This document shows positions 63,907 through 64,000 of a stretch of DNA of 64,000 nt, in pieces. A program made the translations under genes and the position numbers. The stretch spans positions 3,058,384 to 3,122,383 of the forward strand of contig NC_069002.1 in assembly GCF_001194135.2 (NCBI RefSeq), written 5' to 3'. The notes below the pieces were generated by a model that was not told where the DNA came from, did not search any database, and was given only the letters and a program-made list of their open reading frames with translations. The first letter of the stretch is position 1; each line of letters begins with the position of its first letter. The DNA comes from Octopus bimaculoides. Lineage: Eukaryota.

Positions 63907-64000
63907 GTGTGTGTGTGTGTAAGTGTTTGCTTATATACACATACATACACATGTGTACATATACACATGTGTATGTATGTGTGTGTACATGTATTATGTA

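Overview
Repeat-rich animal genomic DNA, AT-rich, with about 8 kb of N-gaps in 20 blocks, most abutting microsatellites. The SINE families and microsatellite load look like an Octopus (coleoid cephalopod) draft assembly; this is inference from repeat sequence, not a database result. Nearly all ORFs in the supplied track are microsatellite or gap artefacts. I find no complete gene, tRNA, rRNA or CRISPR array. What the sequence supports: (1) about 30 full or partial copies of tRNA-derived SINEs (families labelled A, B, C here) and two other short dispersed repeats (D, E); (2) decayed retroelement coding fragments: a Penelope-like GIY-YIG region (15.5-16.3 kb, minus), RTE-clade 3' ends (20.7-21.0 kb; 47.5-47.9 kb) and R4/Dong-type C-termini, one sitting inside a (TAA)n array (61.7-62.1 kb); (3) one strong candidate coding exon of 174 nt encoding an unrecognised Cys-rich peptide (52365-52538, plus); (4) several minimal type I hammerhead ribozyme motifs of the kind linked to Penelope-like elements: a canonical one at 21792-21836, a head-to-head pair inside a 99-bp inverted repeat at 37841-38055 (one copy has the compensatory G3-C8 core swap), and a decayed one at 58148-58181. 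The hammerheads are the most interesting signal. All alignments and folds were done by eye.
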